Positions 9,532 through 20,173 of a DNA stretch of 64,000 nt are shown in pieces (the stretch's first letter is position 1; each line of letters begins with the position of its first letter). Location of the stretch: positions 68,015 to 132,014 of the forward strand of contig JAUYBG010000006.1 in NCBI GenBank assembly GCA_030693205.1, read 5' to 3'. Source of the DNA: a bacterium (lineage in GTDB: Bacteria > Patescibacteriota > Minisyncoccia > JAHIHE01). The translations under genes were made by a program, and so were the position numbers. The notes below the pieces were generated by a model. It saw only the letters and a program-made list of their open reading frames with translations. It was not told the origin of the DNA and did no database searches.

Positions 9532-9604
9532 GGGTCGGTAGCTCAGTCGGTAGAGCAACAGCCTTTTAAGCTGATGGTCGTGGGTTCGATTCCCACCCGA
9601 CCCA
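9532..9604 (+). tRNA. tRNA-Lys (anticodon TTT)
   Basis: Cloverleaf by eye: acceptor gggtcgg/ccgaccc, anticodon loop cttttaa, T-loop ttcgatt. Close to E. coli tRNA-Lys. Confidence 0.85.
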
Positions 9605-9652
9605 CTAAAATAACGCATAACTTGTAATTAAAAACTTATAACGCTATATATT

Positions 9653-9680
9653 AAAAACCGGCAAAGCGCCGGTTTTTGTT
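9653..9680. terminator. bidirectional intrinsic terminator
   Basis: aaaaaccggcaaagcgccggtttttg, with A-run and T-run on either side. Confidence 0.5.
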
Positions 9681-9740
9681 TGAAAATTAAAGAATTGAAA
9701 ATTCATTGAAAATTTAAAATTGTGAATTGAAAATTATTCG

Positions 9741-10865
9741 TTAAAGTCCTTCCTTCCCTAATTCTTCCAATAATTCCCTTTGCTTTTTGGTCAAAGATTT
9801 CGGCGTTTTAATTTTAATTTTCACATATTGATCGCCGCGGCCATAGCTATCCATGCGCGGCATTCCTTTGCCCGTCATCCGGATAACTTTTCCCGATTCA
9901 ATGCCGGCCGGCACGGTCAAAACCGCAGTTCCTTCGATCGTCGGCACATCAATTTTTGCGCCAAGGCTAGCTTCTGAAAAATTAATTTCCGCTTCATAAA
10001 TAATATCGGCGTTCTGACGATTAAAGTTTTTATGCGGCTTAATATGAATATTGATATACAGATCCCCGCTCACTCCGCCTTTTGGTCCGGCCTCGCCGGC
10101 TCCTCGCAAAGTCAAAGTCATTCCGTCTTCCACGCCTTTGGGTATCTTTAACTTTATCGGCACGCTCTCCCGAACTCTGCCGTCGCCGCCGCAAGCTTTG
10201 CATTTTTTCTCCACCGTCTTTCCTTCCCCTCCGCAATCCGGACAGGTTGAAACCTGGGCAAAGCTTCCCAAAATTGTCCGGCGTGTCTGGCGGATCTCGC
10301 CTGTTCCTTTGCATTTTTGGCACTCCACGATTTTTGATCCGGCTTCGGCGCCGCTTCCTTTGCACGATGCGCAAACCGCTCTTTTATATAAATTTATTTC
10401 CCTTTCAATCCCGCTAAAAACTTCTTCAAGGGTCAATTCGATATCAATCGCGACGTCTTCGCCCTTCTTTGCCCTTCTTCCGCCTCGCCCGCCCCGGCTC
10501 CTGCCGCCGCCGAATATATCGGAAAAAATATCGCCGAACCCTTCCCCGCCGAATTCAAAATTTATTCCTTCGCCGCCAGCGCCGCGAAATATATCTTCAA
10601 AGCCCCCGAAACCTTGAGCCCCGCCAAATCCGCCTCCGCCTTGAGCTTGAGCTTGTTCAAATGTCTGGCCATATTGATCATACTGGCCTCTTTTTTGCTT
10701 GTCGGAAAGCACTTGATAAGCTTCGTTTATTTCTTTGAATTTTTTTTCTTCCCCGCCGGGCTTATCCGGATGATGTTTTTGCGCCAAACGCCGATAAGCG
10801 CGTTTGATCTCTTCATCCGACGCGCCTTTGCCAACTCCTAAAATTTCATAATAATCTCGAGCCAT
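9741..10865 (-). CDS. dnaJ: chaperone DnaJ
   Basis: J-domain (YYEILGV...HPDK), Gly/Phe-rich region, four CxxCxGxG zinc repeats. Start at [11 protein letters not shown]. Confidence 0.9.
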   Translation of the reverse strand: MARDYYEILGVGKGASDEEIKRAYRRLAQKHHPDKPGGEEKKFKEINEAYQVLSDKQKRGQYDQYGQTFEQAQAQGGGGFGGAQGFGGFEDIFRGAGGEGINFEFGGEGFGDIFSDIFGGGRSRGGRGGRRAKKGEDVAIDIELTLEEVFSGIEREINLYKRAVCASCKGSGAEAGSKIVECQKCKGTGEIRQTRRTILGSFAQVSTCPDCGGEGKTVEKKCKACGGDGRVRESVPIKLKIPKGVEDGMTLTLRGAGEAGPKGGVSGDLYINIHIKPHKNFNRQNADIIYEAEINFSEASLGAKIDVPTIEGTAVLTVPAGIESGKVIRMTGKGMPRMDSYGRGDQYVKIKIKTPKSLTKKQRELLEELGKEGL

Positions 10866-11034
10866 AATAAAAAATCTAATAAATCTATTATACACTGCTT
10901 ACACAAAATAAAAAAGACCTTGAAGTGTCTAAAATTATACTAACCCCGAAATTAGGAAGGAAGGGAATTTAATTTACAATCTTTATTAATTATTAACTTA
11001 ATTCCCGTCCTAGAATACTTGGTTTTACTTTCCG

Positions 11035-11208
11035 TTAAAAACGGATATTCACCCCTGCCTCAAAAAAGTCTGGCAAACCGTGTCCTACAAGACAAGGTTG
11101 TATTTCATTATATTCTCTTTGGCATGCTCCGCATGCTGTTTGAGAAGCTCCGATTTCTACACCACACCCACAATAAAATTTTTCTTTATTTATTACTTTT
11201 ATTTCCAT
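11035..11208 (-). CDS. small Cys-rich protein (57 aa)
   Basis: Not in the ORF track (below 60 aa). Translation MEIKVINKEKFYCGCGVEIGASQTACGACQREYNEIQPCLVGHGLPDFFEAGVNIRF; GGAGG seven nt upstream of the ATG; lies between dnaK and dnaJ. Confidence 0.45.
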   Translation of the reverse strand: MEIKVINKEKFYCGCGVEIGASQTACGACQREYNEIQPCLVGHGLPDFFEAGVNIRF

Positions 11209-11370
11209 ACTGTTCCTCCATTTAACTTTTCTCTTTCTCTTATTTTAAATGTACCAAGTATTCCTAACTCATATTATACTCAAAAAACTTGTTTTGTCAA
11301 GAAAAATCGTGTATAATTAAAAAGGTTATTACAATTATTTTGATTCGTATTTTATAATTTATTTTTTACT

Positions 11371-11550
11371 ATGAGCGACAAAAAACGTTGGAATGATCCG
11401 GCAAACGACGGACAAATAGATTATATAAAAATCGGCATAAGAATGTTCGCGCTTATAATGCTTTTGGCTTTGGCCGCTCTGATTAAAATCGCTATTGCGA
11501 ACCACTGGATAGATTCATTCAACGAAAACGCAAGAATCTTAGGACTCTAA
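11371..11550 (+). CDS. small hydrophobic peptide (59 aa), antisense-oriented between dnaK and dnaJ
   Basis: MSDKKRWNDPANDGQIDYIKIGIRMFALIMLLALAALIKIAIANHWIDSFNENARILGL; single predicted TM helix; no clear SD. Confidence 0.3.
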   Translation: MSDKKRWNDPANDGQIDYIKIGIRMFALIMLLALAALIKIAIANHWIDSFNENARILGL

Positions 11551-11637
11551 AACAACATTGAATAAAAATTTAAATCAGAATCTTCTAAATTAAAAAAAAC
11601 CGCCGAATTTCTCGGCGAGTTTTTTAATATTCATCTC

Positions 11638-13488
11638 CTATTTCTTCTTATCTTTTTCTTGAAATTCCCCCTCTACGGGGCCTTCCTTGGATTTATCATC
11701 CGCTTTTCCTTTAGGCGCTTCTCCCGCGCTTGGACCTTGCGGCTGGGCTTTATACAATTCCGCGCCTATTTTTTGCAGCGACTGGGATAATTCATCAGTA
11801 GCCTTTTTGATCGCGGCAGAATCGTCGCCGTCTTTTATTTTTTTCAAAGCGGCAATTTTTTCTTCCACTTCTTTTTTCATCGCTTCCGGCGCTTTTGCGC
11901 CCGCGTCTTTAATGGATTTTCCAGCAGTATACATCAAATTATCCGCAATATTCCGGACTTCCACCAATTCTTTTCTTTGCCGATCGGCGGCGGAGAATTT
12001 TTCCGCTTCCGCTTTCATCTTCTCAATATCTTCCTTGCTAAGTTTTGAAGAATCTTGAATGGTAATATTTTGGCTTTTACTTGTAGTTTTATCTTTCGCG
12101 GTAACCGTCAAAATTCCATTAGCATCAATGTCAAAAATCACTTCGACTTGCGGAATGCCGCGCGCTGCCGGAGGGATCCCGTCCAAAATAAATCTGCCTA
12201 ATGATTTATTATCAGAAGCCATCGGCCTCTCGCCTTGCAAAACATGGATTTCTACCGAAGTCTGATTGTCAGCCGCGGTGGAAAATACTTGCGACTTTGA
12301 AGTCGGAATAGTGGTATTGCGATTGATCAAAGGAGTAGCGACCGTGCCCATCGTCTCAATGCCAAGAGTAAGCGGAGTAACATCCAAAAGTAAAACTTCC
12401 TTCGCTTCTCCGCCCAGCACAGCGCCTTGGATCGAAGCTCCAACCGCCACGCATTCCATCGGATCCACGCCCCGCTCGATCTTTTTTCCGGCATAATCTT
12501 CCACGAATTTCTGCACGATCGGCATTCGGGTCGGCCCGCCGACCAAAATCACTTTATCGATTTGCTGAGGGGTCAATTTCGCGTCGCTAAGCGCCTGCTC
12601 CACCGGATGGCGCATTCTATCGATGATCGGCTTGATAAGAGATTCGAGCTTGGCTCGGGTAAGTTTCAAAGCTAAATGTTTCGGCCCGGCTTCATTCGCC
12701 GTAACAAACGGCAGATTAAGATCGGTTTCGAGCGTCGTGCTCAATTCAATTTTGGCTTTCTCCGCCGCTTCTCTGATCCTTTGCATCGCCATTTTATCAG
12801 CAGACAGATCAATGCCATTGTCTTTTTTAAATTCTTCAACTATAAAATCGATCAAAGCTTTGTCCATATCGGTCCCGCCCAGCTGGGTATCGCCGGAAGT
12901 GGATTCCACTTCAAAAACTCCTTCGCCAAAATCCATGATCGTCACATCAAGCGTTCCACCGCCGAGATCAAAAACCAAAATTTTCTGATCTTTGCCGACT
13001 TTATCCAATCCATAAGCCAAAGCCGCGGCCGTCGGTTCATTTATAATACGCACCACTTCCAATCCCGCGATCGCGCCTGCATCCTTAGTTGCTTGGCGCT
13101 GAGAATCATTGAAATACGCCGGCACCGTGATCACCGCTTTTTCCACTCTCTGTCCGAGATAAGCCTCCGCGTCTTTCTTGATCTTCTGCAAAATAAAAGC
13201 GGAGATCTGCTCAGGCGTATATTCTTTGCCGAATATTTTATATTTAAAATCCGTGCCCATTTTTCTTTTGGCGGCCATTACTGTTCCTTCCGGATTGGTT
13301 ACCGCCTGGCGGCGCGCCGGTTCGCCCACCAAAAGCTCGCCGGTCTTGGTAAAAGCCACCACCGACGGAAAAGCTTTTCCGCCCACAGAAGTTCCTTCAG
13401 CCGAAGGAATAATAGTCGGTTTTCCCGCTTCCATTACCGCCGCAGCCGAGTTTGAAGTTCCCAGATCGATTCCTATGATTTTTGACAT
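11638..13488 (-). CDS. dnaK: chaperone DnaK (Hsp70)
   Basis: Hsp70 signatures [27 protein letters not shown]; 616 aa. Confidence 0.95.
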   Translation of the reverse strand: MSKIIGIDLGTSNSAAAVMEAGKPTIIPSAEGTSVGGKAFPSVVAFTKTGELLVGEPARRQAVTNPEGTVMAAKRKMGTDFKYKIFGKEYTPEQISAFILQKIKKDAEAYLGQRVEKAVITVPAYFNDSQRQATKDAGAIAGLEVVRIINEPTAAALAYGLDKVGKDQKILVFDLGGGTLDVTIMDFGEGVFEVESTSGDTQLGGTDMDKALIDFIVEEFKKDNGIDLSADKMAMQRIREAAEKAKIELSTTLETDLNLPFVTANEAGPKHLALKLTRAKLESLIKPIIDRMRHPVEQALSDAKLTPQQIDKVILVGGPTRMPIVQKFVEDYAGKKIERGVDPMECVAVGASIQGAVLGGEAKEVLLLDVTPLTLGIETMGTVATPLINRNTTIPTSKSQVFSTAADNQTSVEIHVLQGERPMASDNKSLGRFILDGIPPAARGIPQVEVIFDIDANGILTVTAKDKTTSKSQNITIQDSSKLSKEDIEKMKAEAEKFSAADRQRKELVEVRNIADNLMYTAGKSIKDAGAKAPEAMKKEVEEKIAALKKIKDGDDSAAIKKATDELSQSLQKIGAELYKAQPQGPSAGEAPKGKADDKSKEGPVEGEFQEKDKKK

Positions 13489-13773
13489 GTATTTGAAAAT
13501 TATAAATTACTAATTTTAAATCCAAAAACAATCTTAAATATCAAATTTTAAATGTTAAAAGTTTTAGAATTAAGCATTTATCACTTGAAATTGTTTTTAA
13601 ATTTTGAATTTATTATTTTTAATTATTCTTTTATGTTGACTTCTTGTGTATTTTATTATACTATTGATTCAATAAAATTTCAAGAGGAGGTGAAGTAAAC
13701 GAACATTAAAACAATACTTAAGTGGGCAAGAAACCTTTTAGCAGCTATAAATATCTTTTTATGGCGGGATTTC

Positions 13774-13950
13774 ATGGAACTTGGCAGTAACTTCGGCTAT
13801 GATCCAAAACCACATCTTAAGGAAACAACTGTTGGCAATCTAGTTTGGCATGCAATTGTTTTTATACTAACGCCGGTTGCTTTGATAATTACTGCTTGCG
13901 CGATAATTATCAAAATTGCTTGCGCGATAAAAGATATCAAACTTGCGTAA
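13774..13950 (+). CDS. small hydrophobic peptide (58 aa), antisense-oriented between grpE and dnaK
   Basis: MELGSNFGYDPKPHLKETTVGNLVWHAIVFILTPVALIITACAIIIKIACAIKDIKLA; paralog-like to the 11371 ORF; hairpin plus T-run immediately after the stop. Confidence 0.3.
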   Translation: MELGSNFGYDPKPHLKETTVGNLVWHAIVFILTPVALIITACAIIIKIACAIKDIKLA

Positions 13951-13952
13951 TA

Positions 13953-13976
13953 GGAACTTCGGTTCCTCTTTTTTTA
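13953..13976 (+). terminator. intrinsic terminator
   Basis: ggaacttcggttcc followed by tcttttttt. Confidence 0.45.
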
Positions 13977-14110
13977 TTTCTGTCATTTCGACTATAAGGA
14001 GAAATCCCTTAGAGACGACGAATACTTACAAAATAAACTACTTATCGCATAATCATGTTTGGGGAATTCCTCTTTGCCTGCTGGCAAATTCGGAATGGCA
14101 AAAAATATAT

Positions 14111-14653
14111 TTATTTTTTTGCCACTTTCACTTTCGCCGTCCTGATCACCATTCCGTTCAGCTTATATCCTTTCTGAACTTCTTCCAAAATCTCGCCTTC
14201 CTGTTTTTTACTTTCCACTATCTCTACCGCTTCGTGAAATTCCGGATCGAATTTCTCGCCGATTGATTTAATTTCTTCCAACCCTTTGCTTTTCAACAAA
14301 CTCGCCAATTGTTCTTTTAGCTGGGTCACGCCTTTTGTCCATTCTTTATCTTTCAAGTCTTCCGGAATGTGCTTCACTGCCAAAGTAAAAGTATCAAAAA
14401 TCGGAAGCAACGCCAAAATCAATTCCTGATTGGCCGCGCCCACCAATTCCCCGAATAATTCGCTTTGCCTTTTTTTATAATTTTGAAAATCCGCCATTGC
14501 TCGCTTCCAGTGGTCATGATATTCGGCTGATTTTTTCTTTTCTTCTTCCAGCTGTTTTTTCAATAGCTCTAGTTCGTTTCCGCCTTTTTCATCCTGTTCG
14601 TCGCTTGTCGCGCCTGATTTTACCCCATCATCTTCTTTTTTAGTTGAAAACAT
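14111..14653 (-). CDS. grpE: nucleotide exchange factor GrpE
   Basis: GrpE coiled-coil and C-terminal beta domain. The track start at 14680 is a GTG; the first ATG is at 14653. Confidence 0.85.
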   Translation of the reverse strand: MFSTKKEDDGVKSGATSDEQDEKGGNELELLKKQLEEEKKKSAEYHDHWKRAMADFQNYKKRQSELFGELVGAANQELILALLPIFDTFTLAVKHIPEDLKDKEWTKGVTQLKEQLASLLKSKGLEEIKSIGEKFDPEFHEAVEIVESKKQEGEILEEVQKGYKLNGMVIRTAKVKVAKK

Positions 14654-14681
14654 AATTTTTTTATTAAGCCTCGCTGCCACT

Positions 14682-14766
14682 TGTCATTGCGAGCCCTGTA
14701 CTCAGGGCGCGGCAATCTCATTTTTCGGCTATAGATTGCTTCGTCATTTCACTCCTCGCAATGACA
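14682..14766. repeat. ~85-bp palindromic element, copy 1 (12-bp terminal inverted repeats tgtcattgcgag/ctcgcaatgaca with nested hairpins)
   Basis: Near-identical second copy at 51279-51364; both sit ~30 nt upstream of a start codon (grpE, uvrB). Confidence 0.6.
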
Positions 14767-14957
14767 AAATAACGACTTTAACAAAATTCCCTAATAATTT
14801 ATTAATCTCTAAACTGCTAATCCAATTTAACATAGTTTTTAAAAAAATTCAAGAGCTTCCCTTTAAAAAAGTAACATTGAATTATACCAATTTTTACCCA
14901 TTTGTCAAGGTTTGATTTTTGTAATATAATACAAGCAATCAGTTAAACAACTTTTTT

Positions 14958-15884
14958 ATGCTCAAAAAACTTACCGCCAAAGGATTTAATTGGATCGATA
15001 TCGACCACCCAACCGCCGAAGATATCAAACAATTAAAAAAAGAATTCGTAATTAGAGACAGTGTTCTTGAGCGTTTAGTACCCCCCATCAAAAGATCCGA
15101 GATCGAAGAGTACAAAAGCTATCTTTTTATAATCCTTCATTTTCCACTTTATAGTTCCGAAAGCCGCCAGAGCCGTTCGACAGAACTTGATATAGTAATT
15201 ACAAACGACACATTGATCACTTCTCACGACGGAAATCTCTCCGAACATAATAATTTTTTTCGTATTTGCAATAATTGCTTGAAAGACAAAAGCGCTTATC
15301 TGGGCAAAGGACATATTCATCTTTTATATCATCTGCTTGATTCTTTGATTGATGCTCAAATGCCTATGCTTAATCATATTGCCGATAATATTTATGCGAT
15401 CGAAGAAAATGTATTTAAAGGCAAAGAAAAAGAAATGCTAAGAGAGATTGCCATTGTAAAACGCGATATTATAAATTTTCGAAGAATTATCAAGCCTCAG
15501 CACGCGATTTTGGAATCATTAATGCGAAAAGCTTATCGTTTTTGCGGAATAAAAAACACTGCAAAGATCGAAAGGCACGCCCAAGAAGTTATCGGATCAA
15601 ATATCAAAATTTGGAATACGATAGAAAACCACAAAGAAATGATAGAATCTATCGAGGTAACAAACGAAAGCCTTTTGTCTTACCAGCTCAATGAAACAAT
15701 GAAAGTTCTTACCGTTGTTTCCGTGATACTGGCGCCAATGGCTTTGATCGTAAATATATGGGGAATGAATATCGGCGGACTTCCCCTTACCGAAGATCCT
15801 TTTGGCTTTTCCATAATACTGCTGGTAATGTTTTTGGCGGGCGCTCTTCTGCTGGCTTATTACAAAAATAAAAAATGGATGTAA
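14958..15884 (+). CDS. corA: CorA family magnesium/cobalt transporter
   Basis: GMN motif (WGMNIGGLP) and two C-terminal TM helices. Confidence 0.85.
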   Translation: MLKKLTAKGFNWIDIDHPTAEDIKQLKKEFVIRDSVLERLVPPIKRSEIEEYKSYLFIILHFPLYSSESRQSRSTELDIVITNDTLITSHDGNLSEHNNFFRICNNCLKDKSAYLGKGHIHLLYHLLDSLIDAQMPMLNHIADNIYAIEENVFKGKEKEMLREIAIVKRDIINFRRIIKPQHAILESLMRKAYRFCGIKNTAKIERHAQEVIGSNIKIWNTIENHKEMIESIEVTNESLLSYQLNETMKVLTVVSVILAPMALIVNIWGMNIGGLPLTEDPFGFSIILLVMFLAGALLLAYYKNKKWM

Positions 15885-15898
15885 TAAAATTTAAAATT

Positions 15899-17284
15899 AT
15901 GCTGCAACTATACAACTCGTTGACCAGAAAAAAAGAAGAATTTAAACCCATTAACCCTCCGGAAGTGGGTCTTTATACTTGTGGACCGACGGTTTATGAT
16001 TATGACCATATCGGCCACGCTTGGACATATACTACTGCCGATCTATTGCGCCGCACTCTGGAATTCAATGACTACAAAGTGCGCCAGGTAATGAATATCA
16101 CCGATGTGGGCCACCTGACCTCCGATGGCGATACCGGCGAGGACAAACTGGAAAAAGGCGCGCGCCGCGAAGGAAAAACTGTTTGGGAAGTCGCCAAATA
16201 CTACACTGATATTTTTTTAAAACATCGCAATGATTTGAATTTGCTGAAACCCAACGTAATCTGCAAAGCCACCGATCATATTCCCGAAATGATCGATCTG
16301 ATCAAAAAATTGGAAGCCAAAGGCGCGACATATGTCATAACCGACGGAGTTTATTTCGATATTTCCAAATTTCCCGCCTACGGAAAATTATCCGGCAATA
16401 CTTTGGAAAAGTTAAAAGCCGGAGCGAGAATTGAAGTTAATCCGGAGAAGAAAAATCCGGCTGATTTCGCGCTTTGGAAATTCAGTCCCGCTGATTCTAA
16501 ACGAGAAATGGAATGGGATTCGCCGTGGGGCAAAGGATTTCCCGGCTGGCATATCGAATGCTCGGCAATGAGCATGAAATACTTGGGCGAATCTTTTGAT
16601 ATCCATAGCGGCGGCGAAGACAATAAATTTCCCCACCATGAATGCGAAATCGCCCAAACCGAAACCGCAACCGGAAAAACTTTCGTGAATTACTGGTTCC
16701 ACACGAGATTCCTGATGATCAACGGGCAAAAGATGAGCAAATCCCTGAAAAATTTTTATACGCTGGATGATGTAATAAAAAAAGGCTTCTCGCCTTTGGC
16801 TATGCGTTATCTCTGCCTGACCGCGCACTACCGGACCAATCTTAATTTTACCTGGAAATCACTGGAAGCGGCTCAAACCGCCCTGAACAATTTATACGAC
16901 GCCGTCGGCCGGATGAAAATCAAAAAAAACGATTCCAAGATCAACTGCGCGAAATTCGACCGCCAATTTACCGAAGCGATCAATGACGACATTAACACTC
17001 CGAAAGCTATAGCCATAATGTGGGAACTTATGAAATCCCAATATCCGGATTCGGCCAAAAAGCAATCGCTTTTAATTATGGATAAAATTTTCGGGCTGGG
17101 CTTGGATAAGATCAAAAAGAAAAAAATAACGATCCCGCCGGAAATTAAAAAATTGGCCGAACAGCGTGAAAAAGCCCGAGAAGAAAAAAATTGGGCGCTG
17201 GCGGATCAATTGCGGGAAAAAATCGAAAAAGAAGGGTTTGCAGTGGAAGATACGGACGGGAAGACCAAGGTAAAGAATAAATAG
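15899..17284 (+). CDS. cysS: cysteinyl-tRNA synthetase
   Basis: HIGH (HIGHAWTY) and KMSKS; strong similarity to E. coli CysS from MLQLYNSLTR onward. Confidence 0.9.
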   Translation: MLQLYNSLTRKKEEFKPINPPEVGLYTCGPTVYDYDHIGHAWTYTTADLLRRTLEFNDYKVRQVMNITDVGHLTSDGDTGEDKLEKGARREGKTVWEVAKYYTDIFLKHRNDLNLLKPNVICKATDHIPEMIDLIKKLEAKGATYVITDGVYFDISKFPAYGKLSGNTLEKLKAGARIEVNPEKKNPADFALWKFSPADSKREMEWDSPWGKGFPGWHIECSAMSMKYLGESFDIHSGGEDNKFPHHECEIAQTETATGKTFVNYWFHTRFLMINGQKMSKSLKNFYTLDDVIKKGFSPLAMRYLCLTAHYRTNLNFTWKSLEAAQTALNNLYDAVGRMKIKKNDSKINCAKFDRQFTEAINDDINTPKAIAIMWELMKSQYPDSAKKQSLLIMDKIFGLGLDKIKKKKITIPPEIKKLAEQREKAREEKNWALADQLREKIEKEGFAVEDTDGKTKVKNK

Positions 17285-17383
17285 AATGTTATCAACTCGT
17301 GCATAAAAAGAGGATAAAAAACCTCTTTTTATGTATTTACACGGAATAAAAATAGTGATAGAATTTGTATACTAAATAAAAAA

Positions 17384-18844
17384 ATGGCTTTTGACAATAA
17401 AAACAAAAAAGACATTATTCCTGTTTCCGACCTCGCGGCTTTCGATCGCCTTCCGCCTCAAAATCTGGAAGCCGAGCAAGCGCTACTCGGATCTTTAATG
17501 CTGGACAAAGACGCGATCATCAAAATCGAAAATATGATCGTCCCGGATGATTTTTACAAAAACACCCACGCTAAAATATTTTCCGCTATGGTTGAACTAT
17601 ATGCCCACCAGGAACCGATCGATATGCTAAGCTTGACCAATAGGCTGGAAGAAAAAAACCAGCTGGAAGAGATCGGCGGCAGCGGATATTTGGCGAGCCT
17701 CGTCAATTCCGTGCCTTCCGCCGCCAATGTCGTCTATTACGCGAAGATCATCCAGAAAAAAGCGACTCTCCGCCGCCTGATCAATACCGCCGGACAGATA
17801 TTAACTCTGGGATACGAGGAATCGGAAGAAGTCGACAAGCTTCTCGACGATGCCGAAAAATTGATCTTTGGAATCTCGCAAAAATATTTAAGCCAAAGTT
17901 TTCTCCATGTCAAACCGATCTTGCAGGAAACTTTTGACCGGATCGACCGCTTGCACCAGAACAAAGATAAATTCCGGGGAGTCGCGACCGGTTTTCAGGA
18001 TCTGGATATGGCCTTGAACGGATTGCAAAAATCCGACCTGCTTATCATCGCCGCCCGCCCCAGCTTGGGAAAAACCTCTATTGCTTTGGATATAGCGCGC
18101 CATGTCAGCATCAGAGAAAAAAAAGGCGTGGGGATATTCTCGCTTGAAATGAGCAAAGAACAATTAGTCGACAGATTGCTTTGCTCGGAAGCCAAAGTTG
18201 ACTTACGGCGCCTCCGGAGCGGCCGACTATCCAGTGAAGGAGAAAACGATGAATTTTCAAGAATTAGCGAAGCCATGGATACTTTGTCCGGCGCCCCGAT
18301 CTATATCGATGACGCGGGATCAACCAACGTAATGGCTATGCGCACTATGGCGCGCCGGCTCCAAAACGAAACCGGAAATCTGGGATTGATAATCATCGAC
18401 TACTTGCAGCTAATGCAATCCGATCGGACGAAAAGATCGAACTACTCTGACAACCGCGTGCAAGAATTGGGCGAAATCACCCGTTCTTTGAAATCGCTGG
18501 CCAAAGAATTAAATATTCCGATTATCGCCATTTCCCAGTTATCCCGAGCCGTAGAATCGCGGGAAGGGCAAAAACCGCGCCTTTCAGACCTTAGAGAAAG
18601 CGGTACGATCGAACAAGATGCCGATGTCGTCCTGATGATCTATCGCGAAAGCCGCGTGCATGAAACCGAAGAAAACCGGAATATTGTCGATATCATAATC
18701 GCCAAGCACAGAAACGGCCCGATCGGCACGATCAAGCTATACTTCAGAAGCGAAAGGGCTTCATTCGAAAATCTTAGCCAAAAAGATTCCGTTTATCAAG
18801 ATTATATTAATTCTCAAGATTACAAAGACCTAACTACGTATTAA
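17384..18844 (+). CDS. dnaB: replicative DNA helicase DnaB
   Basis: Walker A (ARPSLGKTS), RecA-like C-terminal domain, DnaB N-terminal domain. Confidence 0.9.
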   Translation: MAFDNKNKKDIIPVSDLAAFDRLPPQNLEAEQALLGSLMLDKDAIIKIENMIVPDDFYKNTHAKIFSAMVELYAHQEPIDMLSLTNRLEEKNQLEEIGGSGYLASLVNSVPSAANVVYYAKIIQKKATLRRLINTAGQILTLGYEESEEVDKLLDDAEKLIFGISQKYLSQSFLHVKPILQETFDRIDRLHQNKDKFRGVATGFQDLDMALNGLQKSDLLIIAARPSLGKTSIALDIARHVSIREKKGVGIFSLEMSKEQLVDRLLCSEAKVDLRRLRSGRLSSEGENDEFSRISEAMDTLSGAPIYIDDAGSTNVMAMRTMARRLQNETGNLGLIIIDYLQLMQSDRTKRSNYSDNRVQELGEITRSLKSLAKELNIPIIAISQLSRAVESREGQKPRLSDLRESGTIEQDADVVLMIYRESRVHETEENRNIVDIIIAKHRNGPIGTIKLYFRSERASFENLSQKDSVYQDYINSQDYKDLTTY

Positions 18845-18848
18845 AACA

Positions 18849-19493
18849 ATGCCTGCAAAACCGATAGAAATATTATCCAAACAATTGTCAAAACTTCCCG
18901 GGATCGGCCCGAAATTCGCCGAGCGGCTGGTGTTCTTCTTAGCCAGCCAGCCCAAGGAATATTCGAGCGCTATCGCTTATGCCTTGATCGATTTCACGAA
19001 AAAAATAAAGCACTGCGCCGAATGCGGCAATATTTCCGAAGAAAATCTCTGCCTGATCTGCGCCGACCCCAAAAGAGACAAAACAAAGATCTGCGTGATC
19101 GAAAGCGCTTTGGATATTATAATCCTCGAAAAATCCGGCCAATACAAAGGGCTTTATCATGTCTTGGGCGGAGTGATCAGCCCTCACAAGCATATTATGC
19201 CGGAAAATCTGCGAATCAAACAATTGATCGCGAGAATTTCAAAACGCAATAATTCCCCTGCCTCCACCGCATCTCCCGACAAAGAAAAAAATAATCCCAA
19301 GATCCAGGAAATAATAATTGCCACCAATCCCAACACCGAAGGCGATACCACCGCGCTTTATTTGGTCCGGGTCTTATCTCCTTTGGGAGTAAAAATCACG
19401 CGCCTCGCCCGAGGCCTTCCCAGTGGAAGCGAATTGGAATATATGGATGAAGCAACTATCTCCAGCGCGCTGGCAGGAAGAAGAAATTTATAA
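18849..19493 (+). CDS. recR: recombination protein RecR
   Basis: HhH (LPGIGPKFAERL), C4 zinc finger (CAECGNISEENLCLIC), Toprim. Confidence 0.85.
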   Translation: MPAKPIEILSKQLSKLPGIGPKFAERLVFFLASQPKEYSSAIAYALIDFTKKIKHCAECGNISEENLCLICADPKRDKTKICVIESALDIIILEKSGQYKGLYHVLGGVISPHKHIMPENLRIKQLIARISKRNNSPASTASPDKEKNNPKIQEIIIATNPNTEGDTTALYLVRVLSPLGVKITRLARGLPSGSELEYMDEATISSALAGRRNL

Positions 19494-19597
19494 ACAATAG
19501 AGAAATTCTTTTTAACAAATTTATAAAAAAGTAAAATTATTGTTTTTATTCAACCATAATGCTATATTTATATAAGAAAAAATAATCTTTTCTAATT

Positions 19598-20173
19598 ATG
19601 ACGTCAATAACAATCAACCTTATTATCAAAAATCCGGGAAAATTACTTGCCGCTAAAAACGCATTTAGTAAATATGGAATTTTAATAAACCAAATTAATA
19701 AAGAATTCCCCGAAATTCAAGCGGACACAAGCTTGGAAATAGCTAAATATACAGCAATACAAGCTGCTAAAGAATTTAAAATGCCTATGATCAGAGAAGA
19801 CCACAGTATGTTTATAAACGCACTAGGCATTCCCGGTCCATACGCAAATTTTATAGAAAAACATCTGCCAGTTGAAAAATTATTGAAAATTCTTAAGACC
19901 CAAAAAGACAGAAGCGGCTATATGGAAGTTGCAACTGTTTTTGCTGAACCAAACGGCTTTACTTTAGAATATATGTACAAAGTACCTATTTATTTTGAAA
20001 ATAAAATTAATATTCCTGACCCGAAAAATGGCTGGAGCGGAATTATCAGACTCGCAAACGAAACAAGAACATTAACAGAATACCCTGAAGAAGAACGAGT
20101 GAATATATGGAATAAAAATTATATTTCTATCGCTGAATTCTTAATTAAAAATAAAGAAAAATATTTAAAATAA
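19598..20173 (+). CDS. Ham1/RdgB-like non-canonical purine NTP pyrophosphatase
   Basis: NPGKLLAAKNAF, EDHSM and ALGIPGPY blocks resemble the ITPase family. Confidence 0.55.
   Translation: MTSITINLIIKNPGKLLAAKNAFSKYGILINQINKEFPEIQADTSLEIAKYTAIQAAKEFKMPMIREDHSMFINALGIPGPYANFIEKHLPVEKLLKILKTQKDRSGYMEVATVFAEPNGFTLEYMYKVPIYFENKINIPDPKNGWSGIIRLANETRTLTEYPEEERVNIWNKNYISIAEFLIKNKEKYLK

Noticed and set aside
10039-10738. Multiple overlapping ORFs inside dnaJ (Arg/Pro-rich translations)
   Set aside because: They arise from the GC-rich Gly/Phe and zinc-finger coding region of dnaJ read in other frames.
11687-13513. Several long plus-strand ORFs (123-259 aa) antisense to dnaK
   Set aside because: They lie entirely within the strongly supported dnaK reading frame on the opposite strand and have biased, low-complexity translations; these are typical shadow ORFs.
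14111-14680. grpE start at 14680 as given by the track
   Set aside because: That codon is GTG with no SD; the first ATG (14653) is preferred, though a GTG start cannot be excluded.
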